Assembly: GCF_009914755.1 (NCBI RefSeq)
Contig: NC_060938.1
DNA length: 64,000 nt
Reading direction: 5' to 3' (one strand)
Origin: the human T2T-CHM13v2.0 reference genome, Homo sapiens
The notes beneath the pieces are model-generated. The model did not search any database, was not told the origin of the DNA, and worked only from the letters and a program-made list of their open reading frames with translations. Shown piece by piece: positions 1 through 17,079 of this stretch (position 1 is its first letter; each line of letters begins with the position of its first letter). The position numbers were made by a program, and so were the translations under genes.

Positions 1-170
1 AGCTGGGACTACAGGCATGTGCCACCACGCCCGGCTAATTTTTGTATTTTTAGTAGAGATGGGGTTTTGCCATGTTGGCCAGGCTGGTCTCGAGCTCCTG
101 ATCTCAAGTGATCCATCCACCTCAGCCTCCCAGAGTGCTGGGATTACAGGTGTGAGCCACTGTGCCTGGC
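1..170 (-). mobile_element. Alu (cut by window start)
   Basis: Reverse Alu consensus, gctgggattacaggtgtgagccac. Confidence 0.9.
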
Positions 171-1135
171 TAGCATTTATTTTTTCGAAGGATCAGATGG
201 CAATGGCAATGAACCCCCGACCTTGGGAACTCCTGCTGGTGGTGCTTGGTCCCATGCCCTGGACTGAGCTGAACAAACCTTCAGGCTGATTGCAGGTTAG
301 AAGGGAGGCGACCACAGCAGGAGCAGACCTGTCAATGGCCCAGAGCCATGGTTGCCCAGAGCTCCAGGGCCTCCTGTGAGAAGCTGGTGAAGATACCAGG
401 GCTGGCCTGGTGTTCCATCTACCCTGACAAGACATGGCCCCAGGGACCACAGATAGACTGTGGGAAATGTCCCCGCACCCATGCCCTCCCAGCTGGTGTC
501 CATCAGGGAAAGAGGTGGAAGAACAAAGATTATTCGTTTATTATCTGTCTCTGATAGGAGAGAGAAAAAAATATGGGCTAAGTCAAAATTCCTAAAAGGA
601 AGCATTCATGACCTGGCCCAGGCCTTGACCTGTAACCGTGGCCACCTCTTGGCCAAGCACTGGGGACCAGAAGGGAAGGGGGGAAAACACCAGGATGGGC
701 ACAGTCCTACTTTTGAATGGTTTACAGCCTTGTTTTCATGTTTCTTTTTCTTGGCTCCCAAAAACTGGAGAAAAAATACATTTCAAAGAAGGCTTCCTGG
801 GGTGCAGTGTTTGAGAAGTGAGTAGGTGGGGTAGAGGAGGGAGAAGGTTCCCTTCCTCCCTTCCTGCCTGCCTGCCTTCCTTCTTTCCAAATATTTGACA
901 AACATTGTCCTCGAGTCAAGGTCTCTGTCCTCATGCTGCGTATGTCCTACTGGGGGAGACATGCAAATGTAACAAGACCTAACAAGCAACGTAACCACAG
1001 CCTGGGACAGGCCGTAAGAGGAAGGCCTCCTTAGAACTTGACAGTAGTGTTGATTAGCCAGGCTTGTGGGAGTCTGTGGGTCCCCAGTTGGAAGAGGGCA
1101 CACTTGGGAGCTCCAGAACCCCTCAACCATCATAC

Positions 1136-1487
1136 TGTCTTAGTCCGTTTGTGTTGCTATAACAGGATACCCTAGACTGGGAAGTTTATAATGAACAGAA
1201 ATGGATTGGCTTGCAGTTCTGGGGCTGGAAAGTCCAAGGTTGAGTGGCTGGCATCAGGCAAAGGCCTTCTTGTTGCATTATCCCTTGGTGGAAGAGCAAA
1301 GAGAGGGTGAGAGAGAGCAAGAGATCAAACTCACAACCTCAGGCCCTTTTATAGTCGGCATTAATCCACTGAGAGGGGAGTGCTGATGACCTAAACACTT
1401 CCCATTCGGCCCCACCTCCCAACACTGTTGCTTTGGAGACTAAGTTTCCAACACATGTTTTTCCAGAGGTCTATGCAAACCATGACA
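1136..1487 (-). mobile_element. MaLR solo LTR (MST/MLT1A-type)
   Basis: tgtcttagtccgtttgtgttgctataacag...caaaccatgaca termini. Confidence 0.75.
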
Positions 1488-1829
1488 ATAGCTAAGACCT
1501 TTCTGCCCTGATTAGAAATCAGAAACGGAGCCAGGACTCAGGGCCTGCCTGTCCTCTCTTTCCAGGAGTCTGCTGCCCTCAGGGCCATAAACACAATCAA
1601 TCAGGCAGATGGCCTGGGTCTGTCTGTTCTTGATAACTGGTTCTTGTCAAATACAAATGGAAATGCTATTCCAGCTGCAGGAGGGCAAAGGTGTGATTAG
1701 ATGAGAAATCTCCCAAGGTGTACAATGGAAGACCCAATTAACAGAAAGTGTTACTCAGCAAACACGGGGGCTTGGCACTGTAGATGTCAATCACAGCCTC
1801 CCCTTAGAAGGGCAAACTCTTAGAACTCT

Positions 1830-2100
1830 AAGGCACATATCTAGTGTTTTATCTATATTAGGTTATTTAGTTCTCACAAAAGTCCTACGAGGGTGGTACT
1901 GTTAGTATCCTGTTTTATAGATAAAGAAACTGAGACACATAAGAGGTTAAATAATTTGCTTAAGGTTAGAATAATGACCCCACATTGCTGGGGTTTAAAT
2001 TCCCCCTGTATCCCTTTCTAGATGGGTGTCCTTGGGTGAGTAGTGACAGGGCTGAGATCTGAACCCAGATAGCCTGACTCCAGACTTGGTATTCTTAATA
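1830..2100 (-). mobile_element. MIR fragments
   Basis: ttttatagataaagaaactgagacac...aggttaaataatttgc core. Confidence 0.6.
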
Positions 2101-2103
2101 ATC

Positions 2104-2115
2104 GTGTGTGTGTAG

Positions 2116-2148
<33 letters not shown>
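2104..2148. repeat. (TG)n microsatellite
   Basis: Direct inspection. Confidence 0.95.
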
Positions 2149-2149
<1 letters not shown>

Positions 2150-2618
2150 ACATGCATGCATACAGAGGGGGTTGCAGGACAAGCCTCTGCTCTTGAGGAG
2201 CTTAAAACTTAACAGAAAATACAAAGTTGTATTGATTAGGCCTTCAGGCTGCGGCAAAAAAGAATATACACAATTTAGAAAGAGAAATTACTTTTCTTGT
2301 GAGGAAAGTGAAAGAGAGATATATTCAAGTGTGTTACTGGCCTACAGTAAATACCTAGACATTGACAAAACAACCTGGCACTTTCGAGAAATTCACCTGC
2401 TTTCGTTGCCTCAAAACCACTTCTGCAAAGTTAATGGAGTCTTCCTGTTGCACCTGCCCTAACTCCCTTTTGCCTTTGTGAATAAACTCGTCTAGAAGAC
2501 TCAAAAGCACAAAGAGAGAACCGAGTTTTCATGAACAATTACATGTAATAGTTTAGGGTATCTGGTGTGTGCTGAGCTCATGGCTAAGAGTTCATGAATG
2601 ACTGTCCCTGTGAGGTCA

Positions 2619-3045
<427 letters not shown>

Positions 3046-3119
3046 AGAAATGTAATACCTTTCCCCTGCTATCTGCCACTAATAATCAGTTGTGAAAAAA
3101 TATTAAATATTCTTTTTTA

Positions 3120-5200
3120 ATATGTACCCAAAAGAATTAAAAGCAGAGACTCAAACAGATATTTTCACACCCCTGTTCCTAACAGCATTATTCACAGCCA
3201 AAAGGAGGAAACAACCCAAGTGTCCATGGATGGATAAATGGATAAACAAAATGTGGTCTATACATACAATAAAATGTTATGCAGCCATAAGAAGGAATGA
3301 AATTCTGATCCATGCTATAACATGGATCAGCCTTGACAACATCATGCTAAATGGAAGAAGTCAGACACAGAAGGACAAAATATTACACGAGCCCACTTAT
3401 CACTTATATGAGGTACACAGAATAAGCAAGTTTATAGATAGACAGTAGAATAGAGGCTGCCGCAGTGGGGCGAGGGAACAGGGAGTTACTGTTTATAAGC
3501 ACAGAGACTCTGGGATAATGAAAAAGTTCTGGAGATGGCTAGTGGTGATTGTACACATCATGCATGTACTTACTGCTACTGAACTATACATTTTAAAATG
3601 GTGAAAATGGCAAATTTTATATGTATTTTACCACTATAAAAATCAATAATAAGAAAACAACCAAAAATATGTATGGTGGGAGAAAAGATTCCATCTGCAA
3701 TATCTACAAAAGCTATGAAATGGGAATCAGTGTGACAAGATTTGTGCAGAATTCATATGAAGTAATTACAACATTCTACTAAAGCTCATTTTTAAAAGGT
3801 TTCTATAAATGGAGAGACACTGTGTTCCTAGTGGAAAAACTCGGTTTGGTAAGGATGTCATTTCTCCACAAATGAATCTCTAAATGTAAGGCAACCCTAA
3901 TCACAATCCAAATATCTTTTCTGGAACTTAACCAAATGATTCTAAAGCTCATCAGGAAAATTGAACATGAAATAAGCAAGGGCATCTTTGAAAACAAAAA
4001 GGGAAAAGGAGGAGGAAGAGAAGAGAGGTGAGGGAAGAGCCCTCACAAGCATTAAGAAAAGGAGAACAGGGCTGGACGTGGTGGCTCACACCTGGAATCT
4101 CAACACTTCAGGAGGCCCAGGAAGGAGGATTGTGTGAGCCCAGGAGTTTGAGACCAGCCTGGGCAATGTAACAAGACCCCGTCTCTACAATACATCAAAA
4201 AACTTACCCAGACGTGGCAGTGCGCACCTGTGGTCCCAGGTACTTGGGAGGCCAAGGTGGGAGAATCACTTGAGCCTGGGAGGGCGAGGCTGCAGTGAGC
4301 TGTAATTGACCACTGCACTCCACCCTGGGCAACAGAGTCAGACCCTCTCTCAGAAAAAACAAAACAAAACAAAAACAAAAAGGAGAACTGTCTACATTTT
4401 TGGTACCAGCCCCAGCATAGGCAATGGATCAATTAAACAAAATATAAAATCCAGAAACAGATGTAAGAATTTTGTCTCTGATAAGTGACATTTCGGGAGA
4501 GTGGAGAAAGAATAGACTATTCAGAGATGGTGCTGAAGAGCCTACACATGAGAACTAAAGACACACTAGCACAAGTCCAACAGGGGAAAAGGAAAAAGAT
4601 CATTGGATTGTATCAATGTCAATATCCTGGTAGTGATATTATGCTGTAGTTTTGCGAAATGTTGCCATTGAGGAAAACTGGGTAAAGTATAAACAGAATC
4701 TTTCTGTATTATTTCTTACAACTGCTGTCAGTCTGCAATTATCTCAATAGAAATTTCAATTTAAAATAGTGATAAGAAAAATAAACTTTTTAAAATGTTA
4801 TGTGCCTGCAATTAACAAGGAATTAAATATTACATTGTTTTTGAAAAGCACAGCCATAAGTGAATACTGGAATATTCCTAGGGTAAGGAAGGAAAGACTT
4901 TACTCTCTGTGACCCCAAAAGCCAAGAGCCACAATAAAAGAAATTGATTTACCTAAACAAAAATTAAACTTTAGTGTAGCAGCAAAACATTTATGCACAA
5001 ATAAAAGACAAACACAAATGGGGAAAATATTTGCAACATATATAGAAGACAAAGGGTTAACGTTCTTAAAAATATGTAAAGAGCTCTTACCAACCAATAA
5101 GAAAAACCATAAATACCCTAATAGGAAAGTGGGCTAAAAACATAAGCAGGCAAGTCACAGAAGAAGAAATACAAAAGGCCAGTAAACACATGAAAAATGT
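3120..5200 (+). mobile_element. Cluster of old L1M fragments (ORF2 3' part and 3'UTR pieces)
   Basis: L1 ORF2 C-terminal-like translation (QPKCP..DKWINKMWSIHT); A-rich degenerate ORF2 segments. Confidence 0.75.
4069..4381 (+). mobile_element. AluJ
   Basis: Diverged Alu, TSD aaaaggagaac. Confidence 0.88.
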
Positions 5201-5853
5201 AGGCAATGAAGCAGAAACTGCTGGAGAAACAACATGCAAATTCTGGAAGAAATACAGTTTAAGGAAGCTGAGAGGTAATGTCTTATTTACTGATAACAAT
5301 GAACTCCACATCTGGCATGTAGTAGATGCTTTACTAATGTTTGTTGAATGAATAAGTGGAAATGATGAACACAAATGGCTTGTCAAGGAGAAGGAACATT
5401 CCAGATGCAGGTAGGAGAGAAAAGTAGAGTCACAGAACAATCCTTAAGGAAGAGAAACGCAAGTTAGGTGAATTCATTTTAGAGCCTATTTTTGCCAGTA
5501 AAACTAGAAATTATGTCATCAGAAGAAAATCCCTTTGTCTCAACTCCCAGAAGCCTGCAGTGAAGACACTCAGATAGGAGAGCCTCTGAGATATGGTTCA
5601 GGATTTAAATCATTCTCTTCAGTGCCTTCTGTCTGCCTCTGTAGCTGCTCATTCCTCTTTCTGTTGCCCAATGGATAACAATGACTTCACCCTTTCTTAG
5701 CCACATGCTTGAGCCACCAAGTCGGACCCCACTGAGCATAACAGTGTGACTGACACAAAGCACATCAGGTGCAGGATGAACTTGAACTGTGGTTTGCACT
5801 GGGTGCTTCACACTTGCTAGCTGAGTTGGCAGTTCCATCTAACTTCACGTTTC

Positions 5854-6164
<311 letters not shown>

Positions 6165-7041
6165 CACATTTCTATGTTTAAAAGTCACTTACCAAAGACT
6201 CTGGCATTTGGGGTAGCAGCCTGGAGTTCATGGGAGGTGTCTGTCTTCAGTCTCTGTTCCCTTTGTGGAAAAATAAATCCTAATGAATCAGCCCATCCTT
6301 TCCCCATGACTAGCTAAAATGCCATTGCGTTACAATATTTTTGAACTTTTCCTCTGCCAGCTCAATTATTATACCCATCCCATGTGTGCCACAAATGTCA
6401 CAATGCTTTTAAAGAATGGATCTATACTGGCTTTGGCCAAAGGAAAGTTACAACTTCTTTCTGACACTAATAATACTAAAATTAACATTTTTAAGGAAAG
6501 GCCCCAAAAGAACCCCCTCAAAGAACCATTTCTTGCAGAACAGTGATTCATTTAGCTATGCCTAGAAGGCGCCTCTAAAAAGAATGAGGTTTCAGTTGTA
6601 TCTCTTTAAAGACTCTTTTAAAGAAATGGAAGGAAGGGGGAAGGGAAGAAAGAGACTAGAAAAGAAGGAGAGAATGGAGAAGAGAGAAGAAAAACTTAAT
6701 CTTCTACTAGGGTTGTTCCCTAGAGTTACTGTCATAGCAAATGTGAGGTGTGTGTCAAACATTTCTTGGAGTTTGTAGGTTAATGCAGTATACCTAGTGG
6801 TTCAGTAGTACCATAGGAAATTTCATGATTTTGTAGGAAAGAGCTACAGACTGAAAGAACACATACTGTAAATAACACATTTATTTCAAGTCTTTTTGAT
6901 TCTGTCATTTTGTATCCCTGGGCCATGCTTTATTCTTGACACTTAAGTAAAACCATAAAAGGTGAGAGAACCACTAATCCTTTGTAGGTCTTTGACTTTC
7001 AAATGGGATTTCTGGAAGCATGAGGGTCCCACAAATGGGCC

Positions 7042-7430
7042 TGTATTAGTTTGTTTTTATACTGCTCGTTCATTTCTCACTGTATTCGTTCATTTCACAC
7101 TGTTCATTTCGCATACCCCTTACCCATGGGTAATTTATACATGCAAAAGGATTTAATGGACTTACAGTTCCGCGTGGCTGAGGAGGCCTCGCAGTCATGG
7201 TGGAAGGCAAAGGGGAAGCAAGACATGTCTTACATGGTGGCTGGCAAGAGAGCTTGTGCAGGGAAACTCCCGTTTTTAAAACCATCAGATCTCGTGAGAC
7301 TTATTCACTATCACAATAACAACCCAGGAAAGACCCACTCCCATGATTCAGTTACCTCCCACTGGGTCCCTCCCACAGCACATGGGAATTCAAGATGAGA
7401 TTTGGGCGGGGACACGGCCAAACCATATCA
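7042..7430 (-). mobile_element. THE1 solo LTR with rearranged end
   Basis: tgtattag...aaccatatca termini, 5-bp TSD GGGCC on both sides. Confidence 0.85.
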
Positions 7431-8574
7431 GGGCCAAAGAGGCTGCCATGGGGAGAGGGAGAGTGCTGATCAGGGTGGGGCTGGGACCCACCCTAGGCCA
7501 AGAAGTACAGCTCATCTTCTTCTGCTTTTTACACCAATGGCCACCTCTCCAGAGGGGCCTTGTGTACCTGTCCTCTGCAGCAAGAAATTCAAAAAGGCAG
7601 GCAGATTCAGGTATACTTGGCCCAGAGGTCCATCAAAATAAAGACATAGTCATCATTCTTCAAAATGTCTCAGAGCCAGATTTTCTCACTCACGTTGAAG
7701 AAAAGGCACAAAGGCACCTTTCATCGGTTACATGCCTGTGTTGGTAACATTCTACTTAATTGAACCATTTCTTCTCAGTCTGAGGGAGGGCAATTTAGTT
7801 CAAGAGAGAACATAATTATATCTGCTTGCTTTTAAGGAATAGTTTCACAATTTTAGAAGTTAAGAAGCACTGGAATTGGGACACCTCCTTGAGATAAGTA
7901 AATCACATTGTTTTTCACCTTAAATGAGGGTAAAATCAGAAATAATGACAGCATTTATTGCTTCTAGCATTCATTCCAACCATCATCCTGGCTGACCGTG
8001 AGGAGGGAAAGCTTGTGAAAGCAGAAAACACAGCACTAAATGCCCCCAAGATGCAGTGACTCTCAGGGAAATGAAACGTTTTGAATTCCTCTTCGCAAGC
8101 TGATGCACTCTGATTCCCATGCAGCCGATTTTTGTTATTTCTGAGTGCAAGAACTACTGTGATTTGTAGTAATGCAGATGATTTAAAGAGTCTCTATTTA
8201 TCATACCCTCGTTTTCAGCTTATACAGTTAGAATAGCTGTAATTTATTTTTCACTTATAAACTACTTGTTGCTGAAGAGTCTAGAAACATCCCCATAGTT
8301 CAGAAGTTACCTGGAAAACAGTTTAATCTGTGCTACATTCATAATCTTTTGTCAGAGATGCTTTACTGTTATGGAAATGAGAGAGGAGTCATAACCCTAA
8401 AAATATCAAATTCCAAGAATATCTGTAACTTTGGGAAGAACTGTATTGATAGCGGTAACCGCTGCAAAATGATAGCTCAAGCACAGAGTGGAAATACGTT
8501 CCCTTTGGCTTACCTGGCAAATTTTAATATGCTTTAAATCAGCCTGTAACATATTTTTTAGTTGAGAAGTGTTA

Positions 8575-8907
<333 letters not shown>

Positions 8908-9169
8908 TTATTTGGGTAGACTGTGGGTCTACCTGCCTGGCCTGTGGAAGGAGAGCTGCAGAGGCAGGGTGAGTCCTCCCCAGAATCCTGGGATGATGGC
9001 ATGAGCAGAATGAGCTCTGATTGGTGCCCTGCACACACACACCCAAATCACAGAATATTGACATTGGAAGGTCCTTAGACCTCATCTGGAACACCCTATC
9101 CTCATTTTACCAAAGGGACAACCAGAATAAGTTGTGGGCATGACACAGTGAGGTTATTAACTGGGTCTG

Positions 9170-9340
9170 CACTAGCACCCAGGCCCTAACTAGCTAGCTA
9201 CATGACTTTGAGCAAGTTACTTAACCTCTGTGTACTTCAGATTTCTCAAGTGTAAAAGGGGGATGAAGGGTTCCCACCTCTCAAGGTTGGCATGAGGATT
9301 ATGGGAAGCACCAAACTCAGTGCCTGGCTCTGAAAATCGG
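9170..9340 (+). mobile_element. MIR
   Basis: tgactttgagcaagttacttaacctctgtgtacttcagatttctc. Confidence 0.65.
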
Positions 9341-9639
9341 GCACAGACTGTCATCATGACTGTCCTCATTATGGCACAATTCTGACAGTCAAACAGCTTT
9401 GTGCTTAGGGACCTAGAGAGGTTTAACCCTCGTATCGCAGTCATGAACCAAAAGCCCAGGAGCGAAGGAAGAACTTCCCAAAGGCGATCTATTTTCATTG
9501 CTTTTCTCACCACCAGGTAACACAGATATAAAGAGTACAGTTATCCTGGAAGCATAACATTTATTGAGTTACTTAATTGCCAGTCCTCCTTTGGTCTATT
9601 AAATCATGGAGCAACGCTGTCTTGAATGGAAAACTCCAG

Positions 9640-9805
9640 AACAGTGATTCTCCTGCTGTAGGGTAATCATTGTTCTAAATGCAGGGAACTGGATTCAATC
9701 CCAGACATGCTGATTTGTAGGTAAGGCTCAGGAATCTGCATTTAAACAAGTTCCTCAGATGGTTTTGATACCAATGGTTAAGGTGCCACACTAGAAAACA
9801 CTGCC
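9640..9805. mobile_element. MER5-type hAT-Charlie DNA transposon remnant
   Basis: caggaatctgcatttaaacaagttcctcagatg core; a similar element lies at ~10720-10910. Confidence 0.6.
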
Positions 9806-10145
9806 TAGAACACTGGGGACCCAGGCCTGCTCATTCGCTGAGGCAGCCCACCAAGCTAGCAAACACCCCTGCCGAAAGCTGGTTCGGAAGTGACTGCCTC
9901 AATCCTCTATCACATTGCTGCATCTCCCTCTTCCTCTGCTACCCCCACCCCCTGCCAATAATCCCAAACCTCATTTTACAAAAATAAACTGGGACTAGCA
10001 CCTGCCTGGCTCACATGACAGGAGGTGTATTGGCTGGGAAGAAACACTTTCCTCTCTTCACTTCCTTTATCAACATGTAGGAAGTAGAAGGTCCTTGAAT
10101 ACTTTGGAAGTCAGTTCCATCCAAAGGAAGAGTAAGGAGCAACTA

Positions 10146-10555
<410 letters not shown>

Positions 10556-10943
10556 GTGAGGGTTGCTTTTGCTTCCAGGACCCCAGAGATATTGTTATCC
10601 TTTGCTGGGTTTTGTTGGGGAATAGGGACACCATTCTTTAGACTCTTCCCCAGGCACACTTGACTTTTGTTGCCTTCCACAAACCAACACTGTCTACCCC
10701 AGTGCCATGACTCTAGCTCGTAGGTATTTCCCTGAGTGAGGTCTGTGGCCATTGCATCAGATCACTATTAGGCACTGGTTTAAAATGCATGTTTTCTGGT
10801 CCTACTCAACCTCCTGAATCAGACTATCTGGTGATAAGGCCTAGAAATCCCAGTTTTTAACAAGCTCCTCAGGGGATTTCTTGGCATACTAAAGTTTAGG
10901 ACCTTTGTCCCAGGTGATCTAAGTTTCCTTCTACCTTATTCAC

Positions 10944-11283
10944 TGACATGGTTTGTCTGTGTCACCACCCAAATCTCACCTTGAATTGTAATAATCCCCA
11001 CGTGTTAAGGGTGGGGCCAGGTGGAGATAATTGAATCATGGAGGGGGCCATTTCCCCCATACTGTTCTCACAGTAGTGAGTAAGTCTCATGAGATCTGAT
11101 GGTTTTATAACCTCTGGCCTGCCACCATGTAAGACATGACTTTGCTCCTCATTCACCTTCCACCATGATTGTGAAGCCTCCCCAACCGTGTGGAGCTGTG
11201 AGTCAATTAAATTTCTTTCCTTTATAAATTACCCAGTCTCAGGTATGTGTTTATTAGCAGCGTGAGAACAGACTAATAATACA
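10944..11283 (+). mobile_element. THE1 solo LTR, sense to KCNK13
   Basis: tgacatggtttg...ctaataataca termini, TSD TTCAC. Confidence 0.87.
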
Positions 11284-12042
11284 TTCACCTTTTATATGCA
11301 GTATAAAAGTTAATTTTTATAAACTAAAAAGTTAATTTTTAAATACTGCAAATAAAGATGTGATCAGATCTTCCATCCTCTCTGAAGCTTGGCAGAAGTT
11401 TTTATGAAGTTTTAAGAAGTTTTATTTTGGGCATATATCTTTGGTGTCATCTGCAGGTGACTCAGAAGAGGTGTTGACTTGATTTTGTACACTGCCTTGT
11501 GCAGGTCGCCTTCTTGTGTGTTATTTCTAGTACTTTATTTCCTGGATCAGGTTTGAAACTCCTGGAGGGCAGAAACTATCGTCTCACTACTACCTCCTCT
11601 CCTTGCTGTCAACACAGTGTTTGAAACCTACGGAATACTCAATGCTGCCTTATTTGATTGTCACAGCAGCACTTTCCTTGCATGCCTCTCTCAACATGAG
11701 AAACGAGGATTTCCCAGAGGAAGTCAGCTTTGATGGGGAACCCCTGCCCCTCATATGGTAAACGTTTATCTCTAAGCATTTTCTTTAGGATATTCATAGA
11801 ACTTTATCTGCAGACGGGCTCTCAGTAGCCTGTGAAGTACAGATGCCCCCTGGACCTCTCCATGGGCCTCCTCCCTCTCCACATAACTCCTAGCATACAT
11901 ATCCCGAGGTACTTACTTGTCCCGGTCTCTCCTTACCTTAAGTTTCTTTAAGGGACTCTCATCACCACTCTGGCACTCCCAAAAGTTAGGTTTTTTAAAA
12001 TTTCTAACATTCTGTACTTTCTTCTTCTGCCGGGGACAGAGA

Positions 12043-12309
12043 TGATTTTAAGGAACAGCCTCCAACTGAGGGCAGGGGTAGGAGGAAGAGAGCATTCTAC
12101 TGTTGATAAATATTTGGCTGCTTCCCAAATTGGGTTATAAGAATAGTGTTTCCACAAACTTTTTTGTACATGTCTTTTTGAGATGAAGCAGGGATCCCTC
12201 TTAGGAGCCTGCTGGCCCACTCCCAAACCCACAAGCATGGAAATAAAAGAAAATAATTGAGTTCCTTCAGGGGAAATTCCAGGTACCTAGGTACCCCTGA
12301 GAAGTAAAT
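12043..12309 (-). repeat. Inverted duplicate of 17377-17643
   Basis: Manual reverse-complement alignment, about 10 differences in 267 bp. Confidence 0.93.
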
Positions 12310-12349
12310 CATCCAAGCATTTAACTAAGAGAAGATTTTACCCATATGA

Positions 12350-13252
<903 letters not shown>

Positions 13253-13617
13253 TAATCTCCTGGTAAATACCAGTTCACTTGCCTAATCGTGTCACCAATC
13301 CCTACAGCTCATTTCCAGCTAGGTGAGAAAGGAGACAGACCTGCTGAGCCCCTCCTTGGGGAGGCTCTTCTCTGTAGGGCTGAGACTGCTAAGCAACAGA
13401 TTTATTCTGTACACAGGAGCCCCAAGGCACATGGGTAGACTATGAAGGAAAACTCATAGAGGCCAGAGAAGGCCAGTTTCACATCCCATTATTCCTTCTT
13501 GGTAATTTTCCAGTGGTGTTTGTGAAGAAGGAACGATGTCAAAGGAGAGATATCCTTACCTTGATTTTCATAATTCATAAAGACTGCTTTTTTGATTTGT
13601 ATAAAGCAGATTATGAT

Positions 13618-14069
13618 TGTGGACCCTGAACATGTGAGACATGTCTAAGTTAATTTAGAAAGTTTATTTTGCCAAGGTTGAAGACACGTGCCTGTGATGC
13701 AGCCTCAGGAAGTCCTGACGGCATGTGCCTAAGGTGGCTGGGGCACAGCTTGGTTTTATAAATTTTAGGGAGACATGAGACGTCAATTAATATATGTCTG
13801 GAAAAGTGGGACAACTTAAGCAAAGGCAGGAAGAATGGAAGTGGGGAGGGAGCTTCCAAGTCATAGGTAGGTGAGAGACAAATGGTTACATTCTTTTGAG
13901 TTTCCGATTAGCCTTTCCAAAGGGAAGCAATCAGATATGCATCTATCTCAGTGAGCAGAGGGGTGACTTTGAATAGAATGAGAGGCAGGTTTGACCTGAG
14001 CAGTTCCCAACTTGACTTTTCCCTTTAGCTTAGTGATTTGGGGGCCCCAAGATTTATTTTCCTTTCACA
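13618..14069 (-). mobile_element. MER4A-like ERV1 solo LTR
   Basis: tgtggaccctgaa...gatttattttcctttcaca, 4-bp TSD TGAT. Confidence 0.8.
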
Positions 14070-14208
14070 TGATGAACACAAACATGGAGCAATGTGAAAT
14101 TTCACAGAGACAAAACTAAGTTCTGTCTACTGGCATCATTCTGTCTTGCAGAACTCAGTGGGCAGTGTTCTTGATGGGAAAAAATTGACTTTATAAAGTT
14201 ATAGAAGG

Positions 14209-14618
<410 letters not shown>

Positions 14619-14721
14619 CTACGGAACATGTAAGCCTTTGGTGCACAACTATAGCTTTCGATTATAGGATCCAAACCCTGGCTTGTCAAATTTGAATCCT
14701 GATACAGTGTTAACATGAGCA

Positions 14722-14872
14722 TGTTCTGGTGTTATTGTATTGTCTGAGTGGTAACTTAACCATAAAACACTTCAGTGTAAAGTGTTACACTGATGTGATT
14801 GTATTGTTCTGGTGTTATTATATGAGTGGTCACTTACCATAAAACACTTCAGCATAGAGTGTTATAAGTGTG
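14722..14872. repeat. Two-copy tandem repeat, ~83-bp period
   Basis: tgttctggtgttatt...gagtggt.actta.ccataaaacacttcag...agtgtta at 14722 and 14805. Confidence 0.85.
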
Positions 14873-15389
14873 TGGGTTTGCATAAGTTCACTTCAGTTTA
14901 TACCTGAGAGGCAATTGGCCATGCAAGTGTCTATTTTGGAATCCATTCTAAAGAGGTTACTATTAAGCACGATCAACATTGTCATCAGAATCTGCACCAC
15001 AGAGTGAATTGGCTAGGGTAAAAAAAAAGCTAGAAATAATTTTCAATCAGAGAAATGAGTGTTGTGAAAGATAAAAGGCTGGCCAAGCAGATTGTGTGAA
15101 ACCCACTGCCCTTGCATGAATGAGGCAGTAAATTCACCCAGCAAACCTGCCCCCTTCCAAGCCTCACTCAAGGCCTAGAGCTTCAATATTTCTATGTCAC
15201 CTAGAAATCAATAATAAACAAGAGAAATGGCCAAAATAAGTGAGCAGGTGCTAAAGAGAATATTCAAATTACCGTGAAACCTATGAAAAGATGTTCAACT
15301 TGATTAGACATGAAGGAGATGCGAATGAAAACCACTATGTATCCACCAAAATAGTTACAATGAATATCAGCGAGAATATGAAGAATATA

Positions 15390-15548
<159 letters not shown>

Positions 15549-15989
15549 GAATATGAAGAATATGAACTGAAGCTCAAACTTTGATGAGGGGAGGGTAAAT
15601 TTGTACATCCACTTTGCTGAACATATTCATATTATGTGAGTCATCAATTGCATTCATAAGTGTATGTATCCAAGAGAAATATGTACATATGGTCACCAAA
15701 ATGTTATCGAACTGAACTGGGGTCCACTTGCCAGGTGCAGTAAGGCCAGATATCCACACCAGGGTTTGAAATGGGGAGAAAGGAGGGTGTTTGTTTGCAG
15801 GGCACTAAACAAGGAGAATCAGGCAGCTCAGGCTTAAGACCCAAACTTCCCAATGGCTTGCAAGCAAGGGAAAATTTCAGGAAAGTAGAGGTTACAAGCA
15901 GAATTGTAAGTCAATACATGAAGATTATACATTGGTTTGGCCTAAAAGGGCAGGATATCTTGAAGCAGGGGCTTACAGATCATAGGTAG

Positions 15990-16677
<688 letters not shown>

Positions 16678-16713
16678 CGTAGATTCAAAGATTTTCCAAT
16701 TTGCAATTACTTA

Positions 16714-17079
<366 letters not shown>

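Noticed and set aside
14722-14872. CRISPR-like repeat-spacer array
   Set aside because: Only two diverged units, eukaryotic context, no cas genes
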